From assembly GCA_016933575.1 (NCBI GenBank), contig JAFGAR010000007.1, positions 1-39,760 of the forward strand: DNA of 39,760 nucleotides, given 5' to 3'. Under the pieces are notes generated by a model that was given only the letters and a program-made list of their open reading frames with translations, had not been told where the DNA came from and ran no database searches. Positions 19,557 to 28,960 of the stretch are shown here, piece by piece. Source of the DNA: Candidatus Thorarchaeota archaeon (lineage in GTDB: Archaea > Asgardarchaeota > Thorarchaeia > Thorarchaeales > Thorarchaeaceae). Numbering within the stretch: position 1 is the stretch's first letter; every line of letters begins with the position of its first letter. Position numbers and translations under genes: made by a program.

Positions 19557-20549
19557 ATGGATAAACAAGGATATCGAAAATACCTGACAGATAGAGAAAA
19601 TCCAATTCCAGAGGAGGAGATTGTAGAAACTATCAAGATGGTTGAGAAGTTTGAAAAATTCTTGAAACAATTCGATAAGACTCTTGAAACTGCAACTGGG
19701 GAAGAAGTCGAAAAGTTCGCAAAAGTCTTGATTGAAGAGGGGAATAATACATACATCAATTTTGCAGCACTGTCACGTTATGCCTATTTTGTGAAAAACA
19801 TGAATCTATTCTTACCAGTTCTGGGTATCTTTGATGGCGCAGAGGTGATGAATGTCCTCCGAGAACGTCTAAACGAGCATGTAGGAGATGATGTACGCGA
19901 TAAGATACTACCTGAGAAGGACTTGCCACCACTCGGCATGCCAGACAAGGAGAAGATGAAAGTCACTCGAGCGATAGTAAAGCGAATGCAAAAGACCCTG
20001 AATCCTGAAGATTGTAGAAAAATCTTGGCAGATGTTGCACATGGACTTCCACGTGATTTCAGAAGAGGTGAACGTGAAAAATATCTCGAGGCAGGTAGTA
20101 TTAATGAGTATCTAAAACGTAAACGTGCTGATGCAATCGCAGAGCTAGAGAAACATAGAGATGATGGTACATTATTCTTCAATCAATACATAACTCACGA
20201 AGTTGTCGATTATGTGAAAAGTCGTCCTGATGTATTGAGTGGGGAAAGAAGAGGAAACACAATCTATCATACCAAGATTCCGTATATGGTACAGGAATTT
20301 CTTGATGCAAGTGATGAGAGAATGAAACGGTACTATGCATGTCATTGTGCATGGGCTCGTGAGTCGATTCTAGATGATGAAGTGGACGTATCTGCAGACT
20401 TCTGTCATTGCAGTGGAGGTTTCACTAAACAACCATGGGAAGCAGCACTTGATCAACCCCTTGAATATGAAATGGTAAAATCAGTACTTAAGGGAGATTT
20501 AGAGTGCAGTTTTATTATTCATCTTCCTGAAGATCTAGAACAATCTTAG
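19557..20549 (+). CDS. Cys-rich protein with C-terminal V4R-like region (DUF6144-like)
   Basis: YYACHC, FCHCSGGF.K..WE, SVLKGD.EC.F.I. Confidence 0.75.
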   Translation: MDKQGYRKYLTDRENPIPEEEIVETIKMVEKFEKFLKQFDKTLETATGEEVEKFAKVLIEEGNNTYINFAALSRYAYFVKNMNLFLPVLGIFDGAEVMNVLRERLNEHVGDDVRDKILPEKDLPPLGMPDKEKMKVTRAIVKRMQKTLNPEDCRKILADVAHGLPRDFRRGEREKYLEAGSINEYLKRKRADAIAELEKHRDDGTLFFNQYITHEVVDYVKSRPDVLSGERRGNTIYHTKIPYMVQEFLDASDERMKRYYACHCAWARESILDDEVDVSADFCHCSGGFTKQPWEAALDQPLEYEMVKSVLKGDLECSFIIHLPEDLEQS

Positions 20550-20951
20550 AAAAGGCAGTTTCCAAGTAGATACCCAAGTTTATAAAGATCCTCGAGATTG
20601 AATACCTGCATAGAGTGAGAATGGAAGATACAGGTTAACAATAAATGTACTATGACCAGACCCTTTTCTCTGGTATTTAGAGTGTCTGTTTTTCAGAGAT
20701 CACAGATTCAGTCTGTACGATATATTGTTCTCATAATTGCAGGATATTGAAAATGGAAGACATGAAAATAGATTCTAAAATTGACTACAAGAGAAACCGC
20801 GTGTTAAATGGAAATGAACCTCATAAGATATTGGAAATGCTGCACCAAAAAGCATTCGCAAAATTAACCAAAAGATAGATTCGAGGAAGTTCAGATTCAT
20901 ATTTGATGGAAGTGATTCTTTTTATATTCAAAAATTTACAGAGGTGAAAAA

Positions 20952-21089
20952 ATGAGTACAAGATCTTATGACCACTGTACATGTGGTCACAATCGTGAAA
21001 ACCACGACAATTTTGATGGTGCATGTGAAAAGTGCAGATGTGGCGTATTTCACAGAGGCATGCGCATACAAAGTTTGGTAATTGACTAG
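20952..21089 (+). CDS. 45-aa Cys/His Zn-finger microprotein (not in ORF track)
   Basis: MSTRSYDHCTCGHNRENHDNFDGACEKCRCGVFHRGMRIQSLVID; GAGGTGA SD, TTTTTATA upstream, T-tract after TAG. Confidence 0.8.
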   Translation: MSTRSYDHCTCGHNRENHDNFDGACEKCRCGVFHRGMRIQSLVID

Positions 21090-21103
21090 TTTTTTCGGTT
21101 TCT

Positions 21104-21382
21104 TTGACCGCGTGTTCAAAAATATCTAGGTTTATTCGATCCGATTGTTTCAGGACGAACAGGACTAGACCGGATGTCACTGAAGATTGCCCAGAGAAAA
21201 TCGATTTTGATTTTATTATGTGGATTTGGGATTACCCCCGAACTCGAAAACCAGCGATTCTTAAGTTCTTAGAGAAACAGAAGGCGACAAAGACTGTGTA
21301 TATCCTTCAAGGGCAAAATGAGGTTGAAGCATTCATACAATCTCTTAGAAGGAGTAATAATGGTCGGGATGGCCGGATTTGA
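21104..21382 (+). pseudogene. C-terminal fragment of a FlaR/DNA topology modulation protein-like P-loop kinase
   Basis: RTRPDVTEDCPEKIDFDFIMWIWDY is typical of the family C-terminus; no Walker A half; last codons read into antisense tRNA-Tyr. Confidence 0.7.
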
Positions 21383-21498
21383 ACCGGCAACCGATGGATA
21401 ACCGTGACCAGCTATCACAACAGCCGCTCTCTACAGTCCATAGCTTATGACCTGTCAGACAGTGAGTCAAACAGACTGCCAAGTTGAGCTACATCCCG
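21361..21498 (-). tRNA. tRNA-Tyr(GUA) with two introns: 22/23 (21446-21475) and 37/38 (21400-21430)
   Basis: C1-G72/A73 identity; acceptor CGGGATG/CATCCCG+ACCA; anticodon stem ATGGA/TCCAT; central helices TGGC/GTCA and CTGT/ACGG; spliced length 77. Confidence 0.93.
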
Positions 21499-21644
21499 GG
21501 CGACTCGATTGCACACTAGTAGCAATAAAAGGATTACTCAGAAGACACAAACAGCCCAGAGTGATGGCTGCAATGATTCGCCTTATAGGATGCTTTGAAT
21601 CGTTTTGAAACATCCTTCAAATATTCGAACAGAGGAATTCTCGA

Positions 21645-22439
21645 TTGACGAAATATGATGATATGATTTTGGAACGCCGAAGACTTCTGAAGGCTCATGA
21701 CTACGATGCTATTCCTCATGATGATTGGTGGGAGCCACATCAACGGAAAGGTGTCCCTCCTCCCCCTCTTGAGATACCCTTCGATGAGAGTATTACCCTC
21801 ATAGACTTGATTAATCCTGAGGACTTCACTATTGGAAAGATACCATTAATTGATGCAATAGCCAACCGGGAGAGTAGGCGTGTCTTTACTAATGAACCAT
21901 TGACCCTTGAAGAGTTGTCGTTTTTACTCTGGTCTACACAAGGAGTTCGTGTTGTTGATGAGAATAGAGTATGGACAAAACGAGTAGTCCCATCAGGAGG
22001 TGGCCGCCAACCATTTGAGACCTACCTCCTTGTCAATCGTATCAGTGGTATTGAGCGGGGAATCTATCGATATTTACCAATTGAACACAAACTGATTCTT
22101 GTGTCTGAATATCTTCCAGATGCTGATGAGCTTATGGAGAAGGTTTGGTATCAGAACTTCATTGGAAAGTCTGCAGTTGTCTTTGTATGGGCGGCTATTC
22201 CATACAAGACAGAGTGGAGATACAGTATCATCAGCTACAAAGATATCCTCATTGAAGCAGGTCATATCTGTCAGAATCTGTATTTGGCATGCGAAGCAAT
22301 AAGTGCTGGAACCTGTGCGATAGCTGCATATGAACAGAAAGCCATCGATGAGCTAATTCGAGTCGATGGTGAGAATGAGATGGCTGTCTATATTTCGCCT
22401 GTGGGAAAAATCAATCCAAATCAGGGAGCCCGAACATGA
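21645..22439 (+). CDS. SagB-type nitroreductase-family protein
   Basis: IANRESRR, LSFLLWSTQG, RVVPSGGGRQPFETY, EAGHICQNLYL. Confidence 0.9.
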   Translation: MTKYDDMILERRRLLKAHDYDAIPHDDWWEPHQRKGVPPPPLEIPFDESITLIDLINPEDFTIGKIPLIDAIANRESRRVFTNEPLTLEELSFLLWSTQGVRVVDENRVWTKRVVPSGGGRQPFETYLLVNRISGIERGIYRYLPIEHKLILVSEYLPDADELMEKVWYQNFIGKSAVVFVWAAIPYKTEWRYSIISYKDILIEAGHICQNLYLACEAISAGTCAIAAYEQKAIDELIRVDGENEMAVYISPVGKINPNQGART

Positions 22440-23440
22440 TGATTTTCGTTGTAAGAAGAGCGCAATCAAAAGAAGACATGGACTTCTTCTTCAAGTTAGG
22501 TTTTGAAACAATGATGAAGACTGAAGAGAGAAGGCAGTTCTACGATGAGATGATGAAGAATAATCCTGATGCTTCAGATGATGAGTTATTTGAGCTCCAT
22601 AGAAAAGAAGTTGAGGGTTATTTTGATTTTGATAATCCTCATGCCAGAGTCTTTGTAGTCAAGAGAGAAGTTTCTGAGAACTATTGTGGTTATTTGTGGA
22701 TGGGCTTACGTAACAGTGAAGATGCCTGGGACTTTGAGAGACCTCAATGGATCTATGACATTGTTGTTGATTCCAAGTATAGAGGTCACGGTTTAGGAAG
22801 AATGCTACTGGAAAAGGCTGATGCATTTGCGTTCGAATTGAATCTTAACATAGGTCTTTTTGTTCACACAGGTAATGACCCAGCAATAGCCCTATACAAA
22901 AAATCCGGTTATAATATCAAGGTTGTACCGATTTCAAAGAAACTGAATAGTGAGAGTCAAGATAGGGTCAATGATGAGTTCGTAATAAGACAAGAAAAAA
23001 AGACTGAGAGAGAGAATGTTCTAGAGATTGGACTTGATCGATTCAAGAAAAAAGTACGATTTTCGATAGATGTTGATGATAAAGCAATAGAAAAACGCTA
23101 TACTGAGTATGTTAGTGCGTATGAAAAAAATCCAGAAGAACATCAACGATTACTAGCGCTGACAAGAGATGGTGATATAGCTGGTTTTGCCTGGGCTGGA
23201 ATCTCTAGTTTCAACGAAAAGATTGCTATGATATACGAATTCTTGATCTGCGATAATTTTCGAGAGAGTGGTGTCAGAGATAGATTGCTTGGTTTTATAG
23301 AAAAGTGGGCTAAGAACAAGGGTTTCTTTACAATGTACATCCTATTACATTCTGAGGACGATTTAGATATAGAATTCTTCAAGTCAAACGATTACATAGT
23401 TCCAGGATACTTTATGGAGAAACGATTGAAACCCGAGTGA
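22436..23440 (+). CDS. Tandem (two-domain) GNAT acetyltransferase
   Basis: IVVDSKYRGHGLG, N.PA..LY.K.GY; second degenerate motif FRESGV; ATGA overlap with upstream gene. Confidence 0.85.
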   Translation: MMIFVVRRAQSKEDMDFFFKLGFETMMKTEERRQFYDEMMKNNPDASDDELFELHRKEVEGYFDFDNPHARVFVVKREVSENYCGYLWMGLRNSEDAWDFERPQWIYDIVVDSKYRGHGLGRMLLEKADAFAFELNLNIGLFVHTGNDPAIALYKKSGYNIKVVPISKKLNSESQDRVNDEFVIRQEKKTERENVLEIGLDRFKKKVRFSIDVDDKAIEKRYTEYVSAYEKNPEEHQRLLALTRDGDIAGFAWAGISSFNEKIAMIYEFLICDNFRESGVRDRLLGFIEKWAKNKGFFTMYILLHSEDDLDIEFFKSNDYIVPGYFMEKRLKPE

Positions 23441-23576
23441 CATACTTTGCCATGTTGAAAATCATTTGCAAAGAATACTAATGATTCTGATTATATTTCA
23501 AAGCCAGCAGACGGCTATCTTATATGGAGGTTCGTAGACCAAGGAAGCGACACAACTTAAGTTGTGAAAAGGAGAT

Positions 23577-23927
23577 ATGGATATGGCTGGAAGACCACTC
23601 GGTATCACGATACTCGCGATACTACAGTTACTAGGATCTTTGCTACTCCTGTTAGGAGCTGCACTAGTATTGATGGCAGGAGCTATCATTGACCCGATAC
23701 TCTTGTTATTTGCAATTGCCCCATTGATTCTCGGTATCATAGGTCTAATACTGTTCTATGGTTTATGGAATCTGAAGGGATGGGCATGGATATGGACATT
23801 AATAATCAACATTCTTAACATCATATTTGCCGTCTACCCGACTGTTCAATTAATGTCGCTCGTCGTGCCAGTGATTATCGTTGTATACCTGCTAATCCCA
23901 GGCACAAGAGCTGCATTCAAGCAGTAA
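23577..23927 (+). CDS. Small 4-TM membrane protein
   Basis: RPLGITILAIL...YGLWNLKGWAW...YL..P..RAAF pattern. Confidence 0.85.
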   Translation: MDMAGRPLGITILAILQLLGSLLLLLGAALVLMAGAIIDPILLLFAIAPLILGIIGLILFYGLWNLKGWAWIWTLIINILNIIFAVYPTVQLMSLVVPVIIVVYLLIPGTRAAFKQ

Positions 23928-23942
23928 TATTTAGCACAACTT

Positions 23943-23983
23943 GAGTTCCGAGCTGTAGAGCTTGGAACTCCTCATTCTTTTTT
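23943..23983 (+). terminator. Hairpin plus U-tract terminator
   Basis: GAGTTCCGAGCT-gtag-AGCTTGGAACTC followed by CTCATTCTTTTTT. Confidence 0.7.
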
Positions 23984-24211
23984 ACCCAGATTCTGTTTTC
24001 ATTCTTCAGGTTCTTGTCAGTAGCGTTGTGCCTTTGAACACAATATTTTTGGATAGATATCTAACAGAGAACAAGTATCCATGTGGTTTCGGAAGAGAGT
24101 ATTCATTTTAGTTGAAACGAAATGAATGCACCACTACAGTGTTCCAAATATCATGCAAAAACGGTGATTAAGATGTCGGCTTTTGATGATACAAAATCTT
24201 GAAAGGGCTGC

Positions 24212-26425
24212 ATGTTCATAAGAATTCTGGGGCTTGACTCACTGAAACATCTAATTGAAACATTCTTTCCTTTGAGCGAAGTGAACAAGATAGCGGAGAT
24301 GGAATCAACTGGTTTTGGACGACGACACTACAGACCAGTCTATGTTATACACAAGTGGTGGGCAAGGCGTCTTGGATCAATATTCCGTTCCATTATTCTT
24401 TACTCACTGATTGATGAGAATTTGTCGGAAAAAAAACAGAAAAAGGAGAATCTTTGGAATTACTATTCACAAGATATACAGCTCAAAGGTAAAGTCGTAT
24501 TGGACCCAATGATGGGGGGCGGTACGACTATAGTAGAAGCATTGAAACTAGGTTGTAAGGTTGTTGGTGGAGACCTCAATCCTGTATCTTGGTTTATCGT
24601 GAAAAAAACAGTAGAAGATGTCAATCCTCAATTATTACATCAAACTCTTGTGAATCTAGAACAAGATTTAGGAGAAGAACTCAGAAAATACTATCGTACG
24701 ATATGTCCAGAGTGTGGAAAGGAAGCAGAGGGAATATACTTCTTTCATTACAAAGAGGTGCCTTGTCCAAAATGCGCAAAATTAATTCCACTCATGCATA
24801 ACTTCTTCCTTGCAAGAGGGATAAACAAGAACGAAGATTATGTGATTTGTCCTAAATGCTGGAATGTTTTTCGCACAAAAAGTGCTAGAAATGTGACAAA
24901 ATGTCCAAACTGTGATGAAAAATTCGTTGCTACGAAGAGGAAATCTGCTAATGGACGTCAGTTCAAATGCAGTAATAGTGCTTGTGGAACACATAGTATA
25001 GTCAAAACTATTCAAAAAATGAAAAAAAGACCAAGTGAAAAACTGTATGCCATCGAGTTCTATTGCAAATATTGTGATGATTCTAGGAATAGAGAATTAA
25101 AGAATGGTAGAGGGTATAAAGCAGCAGACAAATTCGATTTAGATCTTCTTGCAAAAGCAGAAGAAGAATTTCTTAGAATCCAAGAACAACTTCCAATCCC
25201 AGACAGCACGATTCCACTTGGAGAAGAAACAAAACGAGCACTGAATCATGGATATAGATGCTTTAGAGATATGTTCAACTCACGCCAGCTTCTTAACTTG
25301 GGCAAGATTTACAGATGGATATTGGATATCACTGACCAGAACCTGAAAGAGTTCTTGATTTTGGCATTTTCGAACAGTCTCAAGTATAATAACATGTTTG
25401 CAAAGTATAATGCAACAAGAGGATTCATCACTGATATCTTTAGGACTCATTCATTTTCTCCATCATTGGCACCAGTTGAGGCTAATTGTTATGATATGAC
25501 CAAGGGGAGAGGTGCGTTCAAATCTTTTGTTGAATTGCTGATTGAAGGAAAGGAATATTGTCGAGCTCCTTTTGAACGGTTTTTTGATGGAAATATAAAG
25601 AAAAAAGTGATATTACATACAAAAATCGATGGAAAACTAGCGAAGGAATATTCTGACTTTGAAGATGGAGCTAATGTACTGCTTCGTTGTGGGTCATCTG
25701 AATCTCTCCCAATTCCAGATACATGTATTGATGCAGTGATAACAGACCCGCCATATTTTAGGAATGTCATGTATTCTGAATTATCAAATTTCTTCTATGT
25801 TTGGTTGGTAATGGGATTAAGAGAGAGCTACAAAGAGTTTGGACTCGATTTGGTTCCTTGGCAGGATGAAGTGATTGAGAATACTGTTCAGCAGAAGGGA
25901 CAAAGAGAATATGTAATAGGACTTAGACAGATACTATCTGAATCAAGAAGGGTATTGGTTCCAGATGGTGTTCTGGTATTTACTTTTCATCACAAGAGGA
26001 TTAAGGCGTGGGGAGCGCTCATGGAGGCTTTATTGTCTTCTGGGTTTTATGTTATTACAACATATCCAGTGAGGAGCGAAATGAAGGCTTCAACTCACCT
26101 TCATGATATGGAGAACATCTCATTCGACATGATCTTTGTCTGTAAGAAGAGAGAGAGGTCTTCGAAACTCATTTTATGGACAGATCTTAAACAGGCAGTA
26201 ATGCAATCTGTTTCTGACACAATAATGTATCTTCAAGAAAATGATCAAACTATGAACATACCAGATATCTCAGCAATTATTCTAGGAAAATGGGTTCAAC
26301 TGTATTCTCAGTATTATCCTAATATTCAATATATTACAAAAAGAGTCTATCCGAATGAGGCTTTTGAACTCATAGAAGGAGATTTTGAAGATGTCTTAAC
26401 GGGTATTTGTAAGAGTAGTTTATAG
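24212..26425 (+). CDS. Adenine-specific DNA methyltransferase with Zn ribbons (DUF1156/COG1743-like)
   Basis: IHKWWARR, VLDPMMGGGT (SAM binding), multiple CxxC, VITDPPY (catalytic), FTFHH. Confidence 0.9.
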   Translation: MFIRILGLDSLKHLIETFFPLSEVNKIAEMESTGFGRRHYRPVYVIHKWWARRLGSIFRSIILYSLIDENLSEKKQKKENLWNYYSQDIQLKGKVVLDPMMGGGTTIVEALKLGCKVVGGDLNPVSWFIVKKTVEDVNPQLLHQTLVNLEQDLGEELRKYYRTICPECGKEAEGIYFFHYKEVPCPKCAKLIPLMHNFFLARGINKNEDYVICPKCWNVFRTKSARNVTKCPNCDEKFVATKRKSANGRQFKCSNSACGTHSIVKTIQKMKKRPSEKLYAIEFYCKYCDDSRNRELKNGRGYKAADKFDLDLLAKAEEEFLRIQEQLPIPDSTIPLGEETKRALNHGYRCFRDMFNSRQLLNLGKIYRWILDITDQNLKEFLILAFSNSLKYNNMFAKYNATRGFITDIFRTHSFSPSLAPVEANCYDMTKGRGAFKSFVELLIEGKEYCRAPFERFFDGNIKKKVILHTKIDGKLAKEYSDFEDGANVLLRCGSSESLPIPDTCIDAVITDPPYFRNVMYSELSNFFYVWLVMGLRESYKEFGLDLVPWQDEVIENTVQQKGQREYVIGLRQILSESRRVLVPDGVLVFTFHHKRIKAWGALMEALLSSGFYVITTYPVRSEMKASTHLHDMENISFDMIFVCKKRERSSKLILWTDLKQAVMQSVSDTIMYLQENDQTMNIPDISAIILGKWVQLYSQYYPNIQYITKRVYPNEAFELIEGDFEDVLTGICKSSL

Positions 26426-26447
26426 CGGTCAGAACGCACCAAGTTGT

Positions 26448-26699
26448 ATGAGAACGATAAGGATGCAAAGAATGTGGGACCGAACGAAAGCGGAGTTTAT
26501 TGAAGTTCCTGTACAAGTATCTCCGGATGCATCACTCTCATGCAGAGCTTGCAGGTATTTTGATAATGAATCCAACTTATGCTTGGGGGTTGGTTCAACA
26601 TTCTATCTGAGAAAGATTCCTTTCTATAATTATACACCCAGAACAAATGAGTGTGAAGTGAGACTACCTCCAGATCTTTTCTCATTTATAGAAATATAG
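26448..26699 (+). CDS. Small Cys-containing hypothetical protein
   Basis: CRACRYF...C...C; 22 nt after the MTase; overlaps the ecfT 3' end convergently. Confidence 0.6.
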   Translation: MRTIRMQRMWDRTKAEFIEVPVQVSPDASLSCRACRYFDNESNLCLGVGSTFYLRKIPFYNYTPRTNECEVRLPPDLFSFIEI

Positions 26700-27498
26700 C
26701 AATCTGAGGTAATAATCCACTAGCTAATAAGATGCAAAGTAAGAGATAAGCAAAAGAACATAGTAGAATCAAACTATCTCGCAGTTTCCATTCTGATTTT
26801 CTCATATATGTGCGTGTGCTGCTAAAACCAAATCCTCTTCCATCCATAGACATTGATAACGCTTCAACTCGTGATAATGATGATACAAGAAGAGGAAAGA
26901 AAGTGTATTGGATTGTTCTCAAAATTTTGTGAAGACCTCCAATCTCAGGTTCAATGCCTCTAGACTTCTGAGCTAATCTTACAGTTTGGTTTTCAGCATC
27001 AAATAGAGGAAGGAACCGTAGTGCGATGACTAATGCAAAGCTGTATCTGAAGGGAATCCGAAGCAGAGTGAGTGAATGGGCGAGTAGGGTTGGATCAGTA
27101 ATCGAAACAAAGAGCATGCTTGAGAAAATAATAAGCAAAAACCGTATTGATATTGATAAACCACGTTCAACCCCATAGCTGGTCACAGGAAAGAAAGGAC
27201 CAAAATCATGTATTTGAGGAATTATGAAACCAAATAGAGTTCCATTGGGTGTGATTATAATTTGAAAGAGAAAAAGTACAATTGAGAACAACACAATAAA
27301 TTTTGTACGCCTTCTTGAAAGCTGTAATGAAACTCTTGATAATTTGAATCCTGATAGAACTGGAGCAAGTAGGATAAGACTCAACTGCCAACTCTGGTAA
27401 ATCATGATTCCAAGCAGTAAAATAATTAACAACATGAGATTTAGTAAAGGATTGAGCTTACTTGTTGGATGTTGTACATATCCAAGATTGGAGGACAT
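26686..27498 (-). CDS. ecfT: ECF transporter transmembrane T component
   Basis: LNP, ALRFLP, the two coupling Arg motifs AQKSRG and MDGRG. Confidence 0.93.
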   Translation of the reverse strand: MSSNLGYVQHPTSKLNPLLNLMLLIILLLGIMIYQSWQLSLILLAPVLSGFKLSRVSLQLSRRRTKFIVLFSIVLFLFQIIITPNGTLFGFIIPQIHDFGPFFPVTSYGVERGLSISIRFLLIIFSSMLFVSITDPTLLAHSLTLLRIPFRYSFALVIALRFLPLFDAENQTVRLAQKSRGIEPEIGGLHKILRTIQYTFFPLLVSSLSRVEALSMSMDGRGFGFSSTRTYMRKSEWKLRDSLILLCSFAYLLLCILLASGLLPQIAIFL

Positions 27499-28950
27499 CT
27501 AGAAAGACCCCTCCCCTGAATCTGTAAATTCTTCATAGCCGAGTTTTCTCAATTGTTGGAATACTGAATCTGGTACTCCATCAAGCAAAATTGTACCATT
27601 TTCCATGAAAACAGCTCGATTACAGTGATTTTTCACGAAAAATGGATTGTGAGTGACTACTACAGCGGCTCCGCCTTTGTTTGCTGTTTCAGTCAAATTG
27701 TTCAAAATGAAATGTCTACCATCATAATCTTGGCCTATGAAAGGCTCATCAAACAGCAGAATCGCTGGATCATGAGCTATTCCCGAGCTAATATTCAAGC
27801 GCCGTTTTTGACCGTGACTCAGTGAGAACGGGTTTCTATGCTTGAGATGAGCAATACCCGCATGTTCCAAGATTATATTTGACTTTTGGGTACTTTCCTC
27901 GTTCAGCAGACGACCGATTTCCAAGGTCAATATCTGTTCCTTCCAGACTGTTTTTTCAAAAATTTGATGATTTGGGTTTTGAAACACTATCGACATCGTT
28001 TTGGTGAGTTCTTTTCTATCAATATCTTGGATAGAAATACCGTTAAGATACACTTGTCCAGTTTCTAATGGTAATAACCCACTCAGCAGAGCAAGAAGAG
28101 TACTCTTTCCGGAACCATTCGCACCCATAAGTGCAATGATTTCGCCGGGATGTATCTCAACACTTGCTTTGTTTACTGCTCTATTAGGACCATAGGAATA
28201 ACTGATATTATGACAAGAGAGAAGACTTGTTTTAGGAGAGATTGAGGGCAACAATGTGCTCTTTGACTCATTTGAAGTAATGTCAGCTCCTTCTGATATC
28301 TTGCCTTCGATTATTGATAATATTCTATCAGTGACTGACCGTACCGCACCAAGATTATGTTCTATACAAATGACTCCAACATGTTTCTCTTTGAGACTCA
28401 ATAGAATTGATTGAAGCTTCTTTACACCCCTAGGATCAAGACTGGCTGAAGGCTCATCGAGAATGAGATATTTGGATTGGCAAGAGAGCATTGAAGCGAT
28501 GCATACCCTCTGTTTTTCACCACCAGAGATTCCATAGGTAGGCCTGTTAAAGAGATGTTGTGAGTCGACTTCTGTGAGCGAGTTCTCTACTAGTTGGAAG
28601 ATCATTTGAGGTTCGGTTCCATAATTTTCTGGACCAAATGCAATTTCATCAGAAACTCGAAGAGTACAGATTTGGCTATCTGGGTCCTGCTGTACAAGGG
28701 ATACTCTCTTGGAGAACTCTGGGATTGATAGATGACTAACATCTTCGTTGTCTATCAGAATCGATCCTGAAAAATTCCCCTTTATACTGCGAGGTATGAA
28801 CCCTGTTAGGCATTTTGCAAAAGTTGACTTGCCCGAACCTGTAGGCCCAGTGATTGTGACAATTTCACCACGAGAGAGCTGAAAATCAATGGACCTTAAA
28901 ACCTGTGTTTTTCCATCGTATGAAAAATTCAGATCTTGTACTTCTAACAT
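27499..28950 (-). CDS. ecfA: ECF transporter fused double ATPase (A-A')
   Basis: GPTGSGKST and GANGSGKST; ISGGEKQR and LSHGQKRR; LDEP and FDEP. Confidence 0.95.
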   Translation of the reverse strand: MLEVQDLNFSYDGKTQVLRSIDFQLSRGEIVTITGPTGSGKSTFAKCLTGFIPRSIKGNFSGSILIDNEDVSHLSIPEFSKRVSLVQQDPDSQICTLRVSDEIAFGPENYGTEPQMIFQLVENSLTEVDSQHLFNRPTYGISGGEKQRVCIASMLSCQSKYLILDEPSASLDPRGVKKLQSILLSLKEKHVGVICIEHNLGAVRSVTDRILSIIEGKISEGADITSNESKSTLLPSISPKTSLLSCHNISYSYGPNRAVNKASVEIHPGEIIALMGANGSGKSTLLALLSGLLPLETGQVYLNGISIQDIDRKELTKTMSIVFQNPNHQIFEKTVWKEQILTLEIGRLLNEESTQKSNIILEHAGIAHLKHRNPFSLSHGQKRRLNISSGIAHDPAILLFDEPFIGQDYDGRHFILNNLTETANKGGAAVVVTHNPFFVKNHCNRAVFMENGTILLDGVPDSVFQQLRKLGYEEFTDSGEGSF

Positions 28951-28960
28951 GGATGACCGC

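Noticed and set aside
20621-20878. Pyrrolysine read-through at TAG 20678-20680
   Set aside because: The same frame also has two TAA stops and no recognisable protein; decay is simpler
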